Source of the DNA: Mobula hypostoma
Taxonomy: Eukaryota
Reading direction: 5' to 3'
Length of the DNA: 64,000 bases
Assembly: GCF_963921235.1 (NCBI RefSeq)
Contig: NC_086097.1
Span: forward strand, 78,618,001 to 78,682,000
How positions within the stretch are numbered: position 1 is the first letter of the stretch; every line of letters begins with the position of its first letter. This document shows, one piece after another, positions 1 through 13,416 of the stretch. Below the pieces are notes generated by a model, which was not told the origin of the DNA, did not search any database, and worked only from the letters and a program-made list of their open reading frames with translations. A program made the position numbers and the translations under genes.

Positions 1-645
1 AAACTTGCCCGCAAGGATTTTGGTCCCTTTTGGGTTCAGGTGTAACCCAGCCTTTTTCTACATGTCATACCTTTCCCAGAAGAAATCCCAATGATCCAGA
101 AATTTAAAACCCTGCCTCCTGCACCACATCTTTAACTACTCATTCATCTGTAATATCATCCTATTTCTGCCCTGACGAGCATGTGGTATTGGGAGTAATC
201 CAGAGATTGGAGATCTTGCTCTTCAGACTCTTCTTTAACTCCCTACACATACCATAGGGAGTATACTCACCATCTCCCTCCCGTCCTCTGTAAATTGGTG
301 CCACAACCTCTGGCTGCTCACCCTCCCTCTAGAGAATCTTCTGCAGCTGCTCGCAGACATCCTGGACCCTAGCACCTGGGATACCATCCTGGTGTCTTTT
401 GCATGGACAAAGAATCTCCTATCTATCTCCCTAACTGTAGTCTCTTATTGCAATTGCTCTTTCCTGCTGGGCCTCAGAGCCAGCCACAGTGCCACTAGCC
501 CGGCTGATGCTGCTGTGCCCTGATAAGTCCACCCCCAGCAGTATCCAGAGGGTTGCTGAGGGGAACTCTGCCTTGACTACTTACTCCCTTTATTTCTCCT
601 AGTGGTCACCCATCTACTATCTGAAGCCTGCACTCTGGGTGTGAT
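1..645 (-). mobile_element. CR1 LINE ORF1 (esterase region) remnant
   Basis: Colinear similarity to about 59570-60270 (gcaaggat...gggttcaggtgtaaccca..., ctggctgctcaccctc). Confidence 0.75.
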
Positions 646-1860
646 AATTAAGCTTCTTTACAAGAAAGTAAACTTTAAGCTGCATGTAATAGCAATTCAA
701 TAGTCATAGAATCTAGATTTGTCCTAGAAAATCCTTCGAGAAATATTGAAAAATATAAATATTAGAACAAATAAACAACAATATCATTTTTCTTAAAAGC
801 ATTATGAACACAATCAATTCTGTAGAACAGTACTGGATTCATTTCCTTCAGCTTCCTGTTATCTACTACCAGCACCATAAGCTGCGATTTAGTATTTACA
901 GCAATAGGCTCTTCATCAATGCCAATTAAAGCAATTGTATCTGTCATGTTCTAATAAAATGTGGTTTGAAGTGTTGACAGGATTTTAAGTAAGATAATTA
1001 TAAATCAATGCCAGATGAGAATCAGTACTATGTTCATTAAGATAAATCATTTTAGTTCCCTAGCATTGTTACATTCTAAAATGCAGTGAAGTGGTGAGCC
1101 ACATAAAACTCTTCTCAGGTTAATTTCAATGATTTTTCACTTTGTGGAGGCTGAGTTGGGAATGGAGAAGGGGAAATTAATCCAATTAATGGATCACACA
1201 GTCCGTGAGCATTCTCCGGTTGTACAAGTCATGGCAATTTATATATACTCAGTGATAGCAGCACAAGCTTTACAATGTACAAACGTACTGGTATCACTTC
1301 TGTACCAATCCCACACAAGAAGTCACATTGCCATTCTTCTGACTTCACCTTCCCTGCCATGTCACGTGCCTGTGTTTGGTACATGGTAGTCTCATGGCCA
1401 AAGTATCACTTTGTTCAATGAAAGCCTTGGTTACCATTCTGATGGGCCAATTCCCACATTCCTCACTGCAGCCTTCTTGTATTTCTTATGCTGTTACACA
1501 AACCAGCTCTGACTTATTTGATGGGGTAGAAATATACTTTTATCTAACACTATGCTTTCATAATATAATTTTAAGTTAATATTATAAACTGGGGATGTCC
1601 AAATATCTGTGCTATAAGATCCTTCAAAAAGGTTAGAGCTCAACACAGCAGTCACATTGCATGTTATTGATGCTTTAAATCCATTCCTTCTACAAATTGG
1701 TGATGTGCAAAAATTCTTTAGTTTAATGAACATCCTGAACATTCTTACTGAATAGCCCATCACCTCACATACCATATGAGGACACGCATGACAGCTCCCT
1801 CAACCCTCTTCCCCTACACAGTTCATACCAACTTTCTCTTCTGTCCATAACCACTTTCAT

Positions 1861-2785
1861 AAGACTATAAGACATAGGAGGAGAATTAGGCCATTCAGTC
1901 CATCAAGTCTGCTCTACCATTCCATTATGGCTGATTTATTATCCCCATCAACCCCATCCTCTTGTCTTCTCCCCATAATCTTTGACACCTTGACTAATCA
2001 AGAACCTAACTTCTGCTTTAAATCTACCCAGAGACCTGGCCTCCACAGACATCTGTGGCAATGAGTTCCAAAGATTCATTACCCTCTAGTTAAAGGAATT
2101 CCTTCTCACCTCTGTTCTAAATAGATGTCCCTCTATTCTGAGGCTGTGACCTCTAGTCCTAGAATCCCCCACTAAAGGAAACATCCTCTCACTATCCACT
2201 TTATCTTGGCCTTTCAATATTCAGTATGTTTCATGAGATCCCACCTCATTCTTCTAAACTCCAGCAAGTACAAGCCCAGAGCTGTCAAACTCTCCTCATA
2301 CTTTGTACATTAATCTTTTCATTCCCAGAATAATCCTTATACACCTCCTCTGGACCTTCTCGAATGCCAGCACATCTTTTCGTAGATAAGGAGCCCAAAC
2401 CGTTCACAGTACTGCAGTCTGACCACGGCCTTATAAAGCCTCAGCATTACATCCTTGCTCTTATATTGTAGTCCTCTCAAAATGAATGCTAACATTGCAC
2501 TTGCCTTACTTACCACCTACTCAACCTGCAAATTAACCTTCAGGGAACCCTGCACAAGGACCCCAGGTCCCTTTGCACCTCTGATTTTTGAATTTTCTCC
2601 TCATTTACAAAATAATCTATGCCTTTATTCCTTCTATCAAAGTACACTTCCCTACATAGTATTCCATCTGCCACTTCTTTGCCTATTCTCCCAATCTGTC
2701 TAAATCCTTCTGCAGAATCCTGCTTCCTCAATGCTACCTGTCCCTCCACCTATCTTTGTATCGCCCACAATCTTGCCACAAAGCC
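1861..2785 (-). mobile_element. CR1 LINE, 5'-truncated 3' portion
   Basis: Tail aagactataagacatagga..gaattaggccatt followed by degenerate RT C-terminal sequence shared with other CR1 copies in the window. Confidence 0.85.
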
Positions 2786-3239
2786 ACTTTCTCTCTCCTA
2801 CCCATCATATTCACATAATCACCAATTTTCACAAAGTCAAAAGATTGCATTAAAAAATGTATACAAGATTATTAACCAAAAGATATAATGTTAAAACATG
2901 GAGCCAATCAAAGGCATATTTCCATCTCAACAAAGCAAGTCCTAGCTTGCATAGCTTAGTTAACAGGTACACTGCAGTTCTTATAAAGTTAATGCTATTT
3001 TCACTGGAGTCCACAGAATTTTAGCAGAATTACAATCTTTGTAGAAATGTATAATGTTATTCGGGTCCTGATCAGCATATGGGCATACAGAACTACAGAA
3101 AGTAAGATATATTGTAAAGACTAGGTTGCCATATGCATAAATTCCAAATTGTTTCCTCAGGTACAGTAGGCTGTGGACCAGGTAAATAGAGCAAGAAGCA
3201 TTGACACAAGTAGCTCCAGATGTAAATGGATAAAAATGA

Positions 3240-3570
3240 ACAAATATGATGCTGGAGGAACTCAGCTGGTCAGACAGTACCTGTGGAGGAAATAGATAGT
3301 TGTTTTGGATTGAGCCCATCCTATGGACTGAAAAGATAGAAGGAAGATTGCCAGTATAAAGATATAAAAAGGAAGAGATAGAGCAAGAGTGGGCAAGCCA
3401 AAATGGATCCAGGTGAGGAGGGGTGATAAGCAGATAGAGAAGGAGAGAGTGGAAATAGCAATTGAGGCTCAGAGGGGATAGATTGACAAAGCAAAGGGCT
3501 GCAGATGATAGATTTTGATAGCAAACTAAGGTGGAGCATGAAATCGAATAAATGAGGTAGCGTGGGCTAA
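3240..3570 (-). mobile_element. Degenerate Penelope-like terminal repeat
   Basis: tgctggaggaactcagc.ggtcag followed by a purine-rich tract; reverse complement of the 50235-50660 terminus. Confidence 0.65.
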
Positions 3571-5550
3571 TCTGACCAGCAGGGGATGTGGAACCAATGA
3601 AAGGACCATGAGACAGAGAGACAGAGAGAACACAACCGACAGGCAGTCATGAAGTAAAACCACACTTGGTGAAGTACAGTTCTTCCTTATCCACTTGCTT
3701 GAGCTTAACCAAATGAGGAGACCAGTGGTGCCATGCCATATAACAGCAATCAATCAATAATGCTGGGTTATAGCTCAAACATGACTTCTTAAAGACCTCC
3801 CATCGTTGACTATATTTTTTCTTTACGTTAATGTTTGGATAATAGTTTGTACAATATACAGTACAACTGTTTGTGCTTATTACAAAATAAGATCTGCATT
3901 TTTTTCTTAATATAATTGCCAGTTTTTCTGCTAAGCATCATTAAGTTAAATTGTTTAAAAGTTATTGCATTTTAGATCTCTGATGCACTTCCCTCTTTAA
4001 ATAAAATTAGAAAATTAACAATATTCCCGAATTCAGGCTGCATCAGTAGAAGGAGCCCATTAAATAGTTTGTGCAATACCCCAATTAGCAGCTTTCTCTG
4101 TCTGATGAAATACCCTTTAAACTATTCTATGACTGTTATTTTTATAACTAAATTTATATCCCAGTCTTCCATGCTTCATCCAGTGCTGAATGTGACTTTT
4201 TGGCTTAATGAGTGAGCTAATTACTACAAATTCTCTTGTTCTTTCCCTATAATCTTTCAGATATCTCCTGTTCAAATATTCAACCACTGGACTGCTGATA
4301 TGGCAGCAGAAGAGAAAGACCAAATGTGAAAGCAACAATTTGCTGTGGTGGTATAAACCTGCACTAAAGGAATGTTAGAGATGGAAATCTGAAGTCAAAG
4401 CTGGAAATATTCTTCTAAAAAGATTTGTATACAGAGATTCAACGAACTTGACCTCTTGGAAGAGTCATGTTTCCACATGCAGAGTCTGAAATGTCAGATA
4501 GAGGCAGACACTCACATTCTAAGATAAAAGACCTCTTGTCCACATGATCAAATTAACGCAAAAAGATCAAAAGTGGCCTCTGTATTAGCTTCTAATCCCT
4601 CCCCAACTGTTACTGGATCAAAATGGTTTGTTTGCTAGAAGTATAGAACTATCTAATCCTGAGATAACACTTAAATTTATCTTTATGTCAGCTATATGAT
4701 GCCAAGCATAGCAATCCAGGTACTACAACAAAGAGAGAGAAAAAAAATTATAAACCATAAAAAATATTCTTCCATCAATACCAGCTGGTGTACAACAAAA
4801 TATTCATATAGGAATATATTAAACTGTCTGGCCTGCTGTTGCGAGAATACCCTTCATTCCTTAAGATTTTAAACATCTGTCATGGTTGGAACATTGTGGT
4901 TAGATTCTGCAATTACTACTATGACTTGCTTTAGGGTCCAAGAATACATCCCATCCCATCTTCCTAGTGAACACTACTTTCAGTGCTTTCTTTCTGCCTA
5001 TCTTTAGTTTATCCATATTCTCCATTTCCCTTTATTTAAAGGTACAAAGTACCCATTCAGAAGTTGCAGCACAACATTCATTATGGCCCAACCTGGATGT
5101 TATCATTTAAACCTGTAACAGGAGTTGTGCTGCACTGTTTGAAAACCTAACTTTTTTGTCATGCAGAGATTGAAATCCATCTCTCAGCAGTTTGTCACAC
5201 ATCACTTTAGAATGATCATGATCTGAACATGAAACACCTCGCCTTGAGTTTAATTCTTTAGTTGATATAGTTGGCTAAAATTTTAATGAAGCCTGGAGCC
5301 AAGTGATCCTGCAAAACCCAACTTATGCTTCAGAAAGCAGGTTTTTAGTGAGTAAGAGCCAATAACACCATCATCAATACCCTCAAAAATTTTGTTGATG
5401 AACCTGTCTTGATTTTTATGACAATAACAAGTAAACATAATTACTTTGACAAGGTACCAGAAAACAGTACCTCTATAAAAACATAATACAACAAGCAATC
5501 AAGATTACTTTTGCCTTAGAGTGATGTAAATCTCTAAAAGCTGGTCTTAC

Positions 5551-5652
5551 TTCATGGTTTGGTATCTCAGCATCAACATTCTTCAATAGTTCTGCTAATC
5601 TTCTTTTCTCATCATCAGTCAACAGCACTGGGTTCTTAGCTTCTTTTGCTAA
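5551..5652 (-). CDS. FSIP1: FSIP1 coding exon 8 (gene continues leftward)
   Basis: attttcag|TTA...GAA|gtaaga; encodes LAKEAKNPVLLTDDEKRRLAELLKNVDAEIPNHE (recalled [27 protein letters not shown]); 102 nt, phase 0 to 0. Confidence 0.95.
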
Positions 5653-6625
5653 CTGAAAATATCAGTAAATAGCTATTATCAATAAAGGCTTGAAATAGAA
5701 AAAAATCATTATAAATAAGCCTGTTTTAAAAGTACACACAGAAGCACGTTAAATAAAAATTGATAGAAGTAATTAATGCACCATCAACAACAATTAGTCA
5801 AAGCCTGCAGCTAATAACATTGTGCACCTAACAATTCCACCTAGGAAGGATGTTGATATGTTTTGTAACGCCAAAAACTAAGCAAAAGAAAAACAAAGGA
5901 GCCAAGAGATGCGTATCTACCTTGTTTTACTTTAAACTAACCTATCCACCAAGCCACTTGTAGCTGGGTGGTACAGTGCAGATATAAATGCCTTATTCCA
6001 TTCATTTTCAGGAATGACTGAAATTGTTCCACAACAAACTGTGGTCCTTTCTCACTGACTAAATGTTCTGAAACAACAGTCCTTGAGAAGAGGCTTCTCA
6101 ATACATCAGCAGAATGTGAAGCTGTAGTGAAGGCCACTGGGAACATTCCTGCCCACTTTGTAGCTGCATCCACTACAGCCAAGAAATTTGTGCCCATGAA
6201 TAGTCCAGCAAAATCCACATGAATCCCCTGCCAGGCAAAACAGGCCATCCCCAGGGATGGAGAGGCGCTGCACTTGGTATCTTCCGGGCACGTTAGCATC
6301 CCAAACAGTACATGGAAATCCATTCAATCTGTTGATCTATCCCAGGATACCAAGCAAAGCTTCAAGCCAACTCTTTCATTTTGACAATGCCTAGATGACC
6401 AGCATGTAGATCCTCTAACACTATAGCTCTCAGCTTGGATGGTATAACAATTCTCAATCCCCACACAAGGCAACCTCTGTCTAGGCAAGCTCATCTCAGC
6501 ATTCGTAAAAATGAGGGAAAGGCAATTTCATCTGGACATTCCAGCCATTTTGTGTGGCCACGTAGACTTGAGACAGTGTGGGATCTTTTCTAGTTTCCCT
6601 TAGGATCATCTCTGCGCTGTAATAG

Positions 6626-7636
6626 ATTAGATTAGATTCAACTTTATTGTCATTGTGCGATCATCTGACTAGAAATGAAAAGAACAGTGTTATTTACAAA
6701 ATAACTGCGAATAAAAAGTAAGTGCTACAGCACACAAATATAAAAGTACTAAGACAGTATAGTATGGGTGAAATACTGCTCAGCGCTGTGATGTGAGGTT
6801 CAGCAGGGTCACAGCCTCAGGGAAGAAGCTCTTCCTGTGCCTGCTGGTGCGAGAGCAGAGGCTCCTGTAGCGCCTACTGGATGGGAGGAAAGTAAAAAGT
6901 CCATGGTTAGGATGAGATGCATCCTTTTTTTAAAAATTTTTTAATTCAATATTCAAACTTGATTACATAAAATAATATCTACCCTCACCCCTCCCCTAGA
7001 TGCATCTTTGATAATGCTTTTCGCCCTGCCTAGGCAGCGTTTATGGTAAATGTCCTCAATGGTGGGCATTTGGGTGCCAATAATCCGCTGGGTAGTTTTC
7101 ACCACACGCTGGAGTGGTTTGCGGTCCGATACGGGACAATTGCCATACCACACGGAGATGCAGTTGGTGAGCATGCTCTCAATAGTACAGCGGTAAAAGT
7201 CCATCAGTATCCTGGGACAGAGGTGAGCTTTCTTGATGCTCCGCAGGAAATAAAGGCACTGTTGCGCCTTTTTGATCAGGATAGAGGAGCTCAGGGACCA
7301 GGTGAGATCCTCGGAAATGTCAACACCAAGGAATCTGAAGCTTGATACACACTCCACTACAGCTCCATTGATGTAGATGGGGACGTGAGTGTGGCTCCTA
7401 GCATGCCTGAAGTCCACAATGATCCCCTTGGTCTTCTGGGTGTTAAGGCCATGTTTTTGTCAGCACACCATGCGGCCAGGTGCTGGACCTCATCCCTGTA
7501 GGCCGTCTCGTCATCCCCTCTGGTCAGGCCAACCACCGTGGTGTCGTCTGCAAACTTGATTATGGAGTTAGAACCATGTACAGGAACGCAGTATTGGTGA
7601 AAAGGGAGTACAGAAGAGGGCTCAGCACACAGCCTT
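6626..7636 (-). mobile_element. Rex1/Babar-type LINE nested in Gypsy A
   Basis: FRFLGV..SEDLTW...KKAQQCLYFLR...FYRCTIESMLTNCISVWYG; (ATTAG)n tail at the left end. Confidence 0.88.
6924..6997 (-). mobile_element. 74-bp A-tailed retro-insertion inside the Rex1 copy
   Basis: Flanked by a direct repeat AGATGCATC (6915-6923, 6998-7006); T-rich left end; interrupts the Rex1 ORF. Confidence 0.7.
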
Positions 7637-10370
7637 GAGGCTTTCTATTTGCATTAGGGAGAATACATCAAGACGAGTATCCTCCTTGTAAATTTTTCAG
7701 TTATTTCTATTTCCAAGGCTAAAGAGGACAATCCATCAGCAGTTCCATGATTAGTCATCCTCTTGAATTTGATCTTGTAATTGTGTCCTCTAAGAAACAG
7801 AGCCCCTATTTGCATTTGTGCTGCTGCTGTTAGCAGAACATCTTTCTGCGGATTGAAAATGGACACTAGTGGCTGATGATCAGTAACAAGGGTAAACTCT
7901 CTCCCACAGAAGTACTGGTCGAAATGTTTTACACCCAAACCAGACTCAAGTCCTCTGTCAATCTGTGCATAATTTTTCTTTGCAACGATAAGGGAACATA
8001 ATGCAAAAGCTATGGGGCGTTCACTTCCATCACTCATAACAGGTGACATGACTACACCTATACCATAAGGTGAGGCATCATGGGCAAGCTTCACTGGATG
8101 CACAAGGATTACACAAGTATCAATGGTGTGACCACAGTAAGCGATGCTTGATTTAAAGAATTCATACTTGTTGCATCGTGCTCTGAGCCCATAATCTTCT
8201 AAACTTTTTAACACTGTCTTGAGATTTTGACGATATTCCTTGTCATCCTTATGGGTAATAATGATGTCTTCCAGGTAACACTGAGAGCTTGGGCAGCCTA
8301 GCAACACTTGGTCCATGGCTTTCTGCCAGAGTCCAGGTGCAGATGCTACTCCAAATACAAGCCTACTGTAGCGATAAAGCCATTTGTAAGTGTTAATGGT
8401 GAGAAATTGTCCATTTCCATCAGCCTCAGCTAAGTCCACTTTGCTCAAGTATTTTCCCCCAAAGAAGTTTGCAAAGATTTCCTCTATCTGGGCAGGGGGT
8501 ATTGATCTACTTTCAGTACTGGGTTGATAGTGACATTAAAATCATCACAAATCCTGACAGACCTGTCCTTATTGGCTGTTGTCCATGGGCTCCACTCAAC
8601 CTCGGAAAGCATTCCTTCCGGCTCCATGTAACTTAGTTCACTGGCTACTTTACCACGGATGGTATAAGGAACCAAACAGTTATTAAAAACTTGTGTGTGG
8701 CATTTTCATTTAAGACTATTTCACCCTTTACATGTTTGAGTTTTCCAGTGCCACCCTTGAACACTGCCATGGCTTCATCCAGAATCTTTCTTTATTCACT
8801 TTCTGTTGACTCTATTACAGAGGATGTGGCATGCAAATTGAGGATAGATCTGCAATCATGTTGTAGTTGTCTCAGCCAATCATGGCCCCACAATGCTTAC
8901 CACATAGAAGCCCAGTGTGGCTTTTTGGTTGTCGTATTTCACGGTTACAGGAGTTATCTTTTCTCCAGTATAAGTTCTTAGTTGGATATATGTAGCCTTC
9001 AGTTCAGTATCTTTGAAATGCCATTCAAAAGCATTTTGTGCAATGACTGAAACAGCCAAGCCAGTTTCCAATTCCATTTTAATTAATTTGCTGTTCATTT
9101 CTGGTAAGTCATATTACTTATCTCTTGCGAGTTTTCACATTATAAATTTCAAGGCTAGCAGTCCGATGTAACTCTCATCATTATCAGGTTTTTCCATCAA
9201 CAGCACGCAGATTAATGCTCCATTTGAAACTGCAACTTGACATTTTATCTTTCTCTCTTCCCAATGCAGCCCATTTATTTTTAACTGCCCAACCTGTTCT
9301 TTGTACAGTATGTATCCTACTTCGTTACAGCTTCTGCAAGTTTCACCTTTAATCCTGCATTGGGCTGGTGTATGTGAGCCCCTGTCAAAATGGTCACACA
9401 ATTTGTTCAGCCAGGCAGGTTTCTGTTCAGACCTTGCAATTTTATTCACGCTCACTTTCATTCCTGACTGCAACTCAATTGCATCTCCAGTTGTTGTTTC
9501 TATTGATACTCTGATTTTAACTGATCTTTTAAGTGTGAGTTGTGCTTCAGTTAGGAGTCATTCTTGAATGGTTTTTTGTAAGATTACACAAACTAAACGA
9601 TCTCTCTGTGCATCATTAACCCCATCACTGATCTGACGATACTCAATTTACTTTGTTCAGCCACAAAAGTTGAAATGAACTTTCCTTCCTTTTAAATCAG
9701 TTTTTGAAACCTAAAGAGTTCTGCAATCAATAATGTTCCTGCATTACTTTCATATTATCAGCTCATTTCAGCTGGTTTGGTTGGAGCAATCAAACTTATA
9801 AGCAAACTGTATGCTCTTCCACCAATTGCACTCAGCAAAATTGGCACTCATTTCTCGTCAGCTATTCCATTTGCTTTAAAATACTGCTCAATTCATTTTT
9901 GTATACATAATCCAGTTATCTGTTATGGAATAGAATGCATCTATCTTTCCAATGTAGCCAACTATTTCTGCTTTTTTAAGAATATTATCATCATTTGGTA
10001 CTCTGTTTATGAAACCATGAAATTCTTCTGTTTTCTGCCTTTTTTAAAAAATTGTACCTCTCTCTCTCTCCTCCCAAAGAAGAAAGCGTGTTGTACTTTT
10101 TTAAAACTCAAACTTCTTGCTACACTTCAACAGATAGGCAGTTGTCTTGGGTTCATTTTAAAACTTCCCCATCACCACTGTTATGCTTTTTAACTCCAAA
10201 AATTGATCAACAGAAAAACACAGGAGCCAGGAGATGCATGTCTACTTTGTTTTACTCCAGTGAGGCCTGCACATATGATGTGCTAGCATAATGACGTATG
10301 CCATTCACATATTTTTACATATAACCCATAATGAATTATGTAAATAACAAAAAAATCCTTAAACAATATA

Positions 10371-10930
10371 CAGTCGGCTCTCTGTATCCACAGGTTCCGT
10401 ATCCGCAGATTCAACCAATCGCGGATCGGGATCGGAAAAAAAACCGGAGGTTCTCTCTCCAGCACTCGTTTGAGCATTGTTCACCTCGCATCTCGTTCAT
10501 TTGTCACTTGTGTTGTGAGCGAGAGGAAGGAGTTTAAGGCTAGTAGGGGATGACTGGCTAGCTACGTAAAGCGCTACAGCCTCAAGAACTTAAAGATCAC
10601 GGGAGAATCGGCATCGGCTGATGCCGAGGCAGCATCAGCGTTCCCAGAAGAGCTACGATGGTCGCGTCTGTACTGAACATGTACAGACTTTTTTTTCTTG
10701 TCAATATTCCCTAAACAATACAGTATGACAACTATTTACATAGCATTTACATTGTAATAGGTAGTATAAGTAATCTAGAGATGATTTAAAGTATACGGAA
10801 GGATGTGTGTAGGTTATATGCAAACACTATGCCATTTTATATATGGGACTCGAGCATCTGTGGAAATTGGTATCCACGGTGGGGGGGGGGGTCCAAGAAC
10901 CAAACCCCAGTGGATACGGAGGGCCAACTG
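10371..10930. mobile_element. Tigger/pogo-type non-autonomous DNA transposon (Tigger3/MER2-like)
   Basis: TA on both sides; 21-bp TIRs CAGTCGGCTCTCTGTATCCAC / CAGTTGGCCCTCCGTATCCAC; the empty site is visible in the paralogous LTR near 25753. Confidence 0.92.
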
Positions 10931-11000
10931 TACTTACAATATTACTTAAATATTACTGAAATATTAAATACACAAGGAGTAGTGAAATGAACTTACATAC

Positions 11001-11137
11001 CTCAATGTTCTTCTTAATAAAATCTTTAACTTTAATCTTATTTTGGGGAAGTATTTGGCTCCCATTTTCTTTGTTTTGGACATTTTTGGAGCAAGCTTCT
11101 GAAGGCAATTTAACTTCTTCAGCACAGCCCTGGTAAA
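11001..11137 (-). CDS. FSIP1: FSIP1 coding exon 7
   Basis: tttattttgtcag|TT...GAG|gtatgt; ends in KVKDFIKKNIE (recalled QDFIKRNIE); 137 nt, phase 1 to 0. Confidence 0.93.
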
Positions 11138-11454
11138 CTGACAAAATAAAGTGTTGGCACTTATTGAACAAACTGTTTTGACTCAATGCATAAAATATCA
11201 CATCCTGCTCCAACCCTAATAAATGTGTAACCAATTTACTCAGATTGCTGTATAACTAATGTGCAGAACTAAAAGCTATTTTAAAATACTTTCAGCAACT
11301 TGTACTGTTGAAGATCATAGATTTTGTATAATATTTACAAAATAAATGTGGCCTCTGAAAATCTGACATATTCCATAAAATTTGAGGGTGCAACACTCTT
11401 ATTTAGTACAATCTAAAAATCTATCAGGACTTCATATTGCTTTGATCTTGCAAA

Positions 11455-11660
11455 AAATGGCAAATCTCTGGAATTTTTTTTTACTCTGCAGGGTTGTGGA
11501 AGCTGGATCATTGGACATTTTTAAAAAGAGGGGTTGAATTATTTCTGAAAGTTCAGGGATTTGAGTGCTGCCACATTAGGGGAATTGAAACTACAATCAT
11601 AATAAATGGCGGGACGAGCTTGAGAAGCCAGATGTCTACTCCACCTATTTTCTGTACTTT
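11455..11660 (+). mobile_element. Old CR1 3' end remnant
   Basis: aatctctggaatt...gttgtggaagct...aaatggcggga..agcttgagaagcc.gatg.ctactcc.cctatttt matches the 3' end at about 23920-24140. Confidence 0.65.
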
Positions 11661-12239
11661 TAGAAACTAAACATATAGTAGATATAACTCCAGAAAAATA
11701 GTGATCCTAACCTCTAACAAATACAATAACAAAATTACAAACTGTATTCTCTTCATATATAAAAATATTTCAACCTGGGAAGTTTAAACATAGAACTGTA
11801 GAAAAGTTGGAGTAAGTTTTTAAAAATTTCTAAGGAGTAATGAAAGGTTAGAGATGGAAGAGATATGTGGTTGAGGGCAGGTTACTAAATGCAAAAGTTA
11901 TGATTTTGAAAGGGATTGGCAACATGTCTGAGGTCTAAAATGGCTGCCTAAGAGTTATTTTGGGTACTCCTTTGGTCATACAGAAATGGTGACATGGTAG
12001 CAAAATGAGACAGAAGTAATCAGCAAGCAAAACAACATAGGGGAGAGAGAAAAGAAATTAATATTTCTGTATTATGACCTATTATAAGCTCTTACAATAA
12101 GTCATCAATTAGAAATATCAACATGCTCTTTTCCCCTCTTGGCACTACTAAGTATTTTCACCATTTCTCATTTTAATTTCAGATTCTAGCATATGCATTA
12201 TTTTGCTTTGGCAAAGAAAAAAATTTTGTGAGAAAATGA

Positions 12240-13022
12240 CAGAGCGGACCGCCCGACCCAATTTACATCAGTGGTGCACAAGTGGAACAGGTCAAAAGCT
12301 TCAAGTTCCTCAGGATCAATATCACAAATGACCTGACTTGGTCCAACCAAGCAGAGTTCACTGCCAAGAAGCCCCACCAGCGCCTTTACTTCCTGAGAAA
12401 ACTAAAAAAATTTGGCCTGTCCCCTAAAACCCTCACTAATTTTTATAGATGCACCGTAGAAAGCATTCTTCTAGAGTGCATCACAACCTGGTATGGAAGT
12501 TGTCCTGTCCAAGACTGAAAGAAGCTGCAGAAGATCGTGAACATGGCGCAGCACATCACACAAACCAATCTTCTGTCCGTGGACTCACTTTACACCACAC
12601 GCTGTCAGAGCAGTGCTGCCAGGATAATCAAGGACACCACCCACCCAGCCAACAGACTTTTTGTCCCTCTTCCCTCTGGGAGAAGGTTCAGGAGCTTGAA
12701 GACTCGTACGGCCAGATTTGGGAACAGCTTGTTTCCAACTGTGATAAGACTGCTGAGCGGATCCTGACCCGCATCTGGGCCGTACCCTCCAAATATCTGG
12801 ACCTGCCGCTCGGTTTTTTTGCACTACCTTACTTTCCATTTTTCTATTTTCTATTTATGATTTATAATTTAAATTTTTAATATTTACTAATTTTAACTAT
12901 TTTTAATATTTTTAATATTTAATATTTGTAATCCAGGGAGTGTGAAGCGCAGAATCAAATTTTGCTGTGATGATTGTACGTTCTAGTACCAATTGTTTGG
13001 CGACAATAAAGTATAAAGTAAA
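12240..13022 (+). mobile_element. Rex1/Babar-type LINE, 5'-truncated, fairly young
   Basis: FKFLRINITNDLTWS...QRLYFLRKLKKFGL...FYRCTVESIL...LPSGRRFRS; 3' UTR ends aataaagtataaagta. Confidence 0.9.
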
Positions 13023-13138
13023 GAGCAAAATACGGATTCAGGGCTAGGGTTAGATAAGAAAGCAGGTGGAGATGAACACAAGGTCTCAATCCCATCTTAG
13101 AGGCTTTCATTGGCACAAAGAGTAAGTAACACAGAATC

Positions 13139-13416
13139 TTATTTATTTATTGGGATACAGAACGAAGTAGGCCCTTCGGTCCATTCAAGCAGTGCCACCC
13201 GGCAACTTCCGATTTAACCCTAGCCTAATCACAGGGCAATGGACAACGACCAATTATCGTACCAACTGGTATGTTTTTCGATACGTTGTGGGAGCAAACT
13301 GGAGCACCCGGAGGAAACCCACATGGTCATAGAGAGAACGTACAAATTCCTTTCAGACAGTGGCAAGAATCTGGGTTGCTGGCATTGTAAAGCATCGTGC
13401 TAACCACTACACTACT
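13139..13416 (-). mobile_element. V-SINE (HE1-like) with tRNA-derived head and CR1-type tail
   Basis: Minus strand reads AGTAGTGTAGTGGTTAGCAC (A box), then the V-domain GTGGGTTTCCTCCGGGTGCTCCAGTTTGCTCCCAC, then gaagggcctac and an (AAAT)n tail. Confidence 0.85.

Larger units (their letters stand above)
5851..10974 (-). mobile_element. Gypsy/Ty3 LTR retrotransposon copy A (decayed, internally deleted)
   Basis: TG...CA termini with 4-bp TSD AGGA (5847-5850, 10975-10978); 5' LTR 10179-10974, PBS-like GTGGTGATGGGGA, Gag zinc knuckle, protease, RT, RNase H (DASPYGIG) and integrase (HVDFAG) fragments; 3' LTR reduced to about 5851-5935. Confidence 0.92.

Noticed and set aside
2981..3092. Acceptor-like site and short ORF SVCPYADQD...
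   Set aside because: The phase-0 reading from exon 8 stops after six codons, and there is no FSIP1 similarity.
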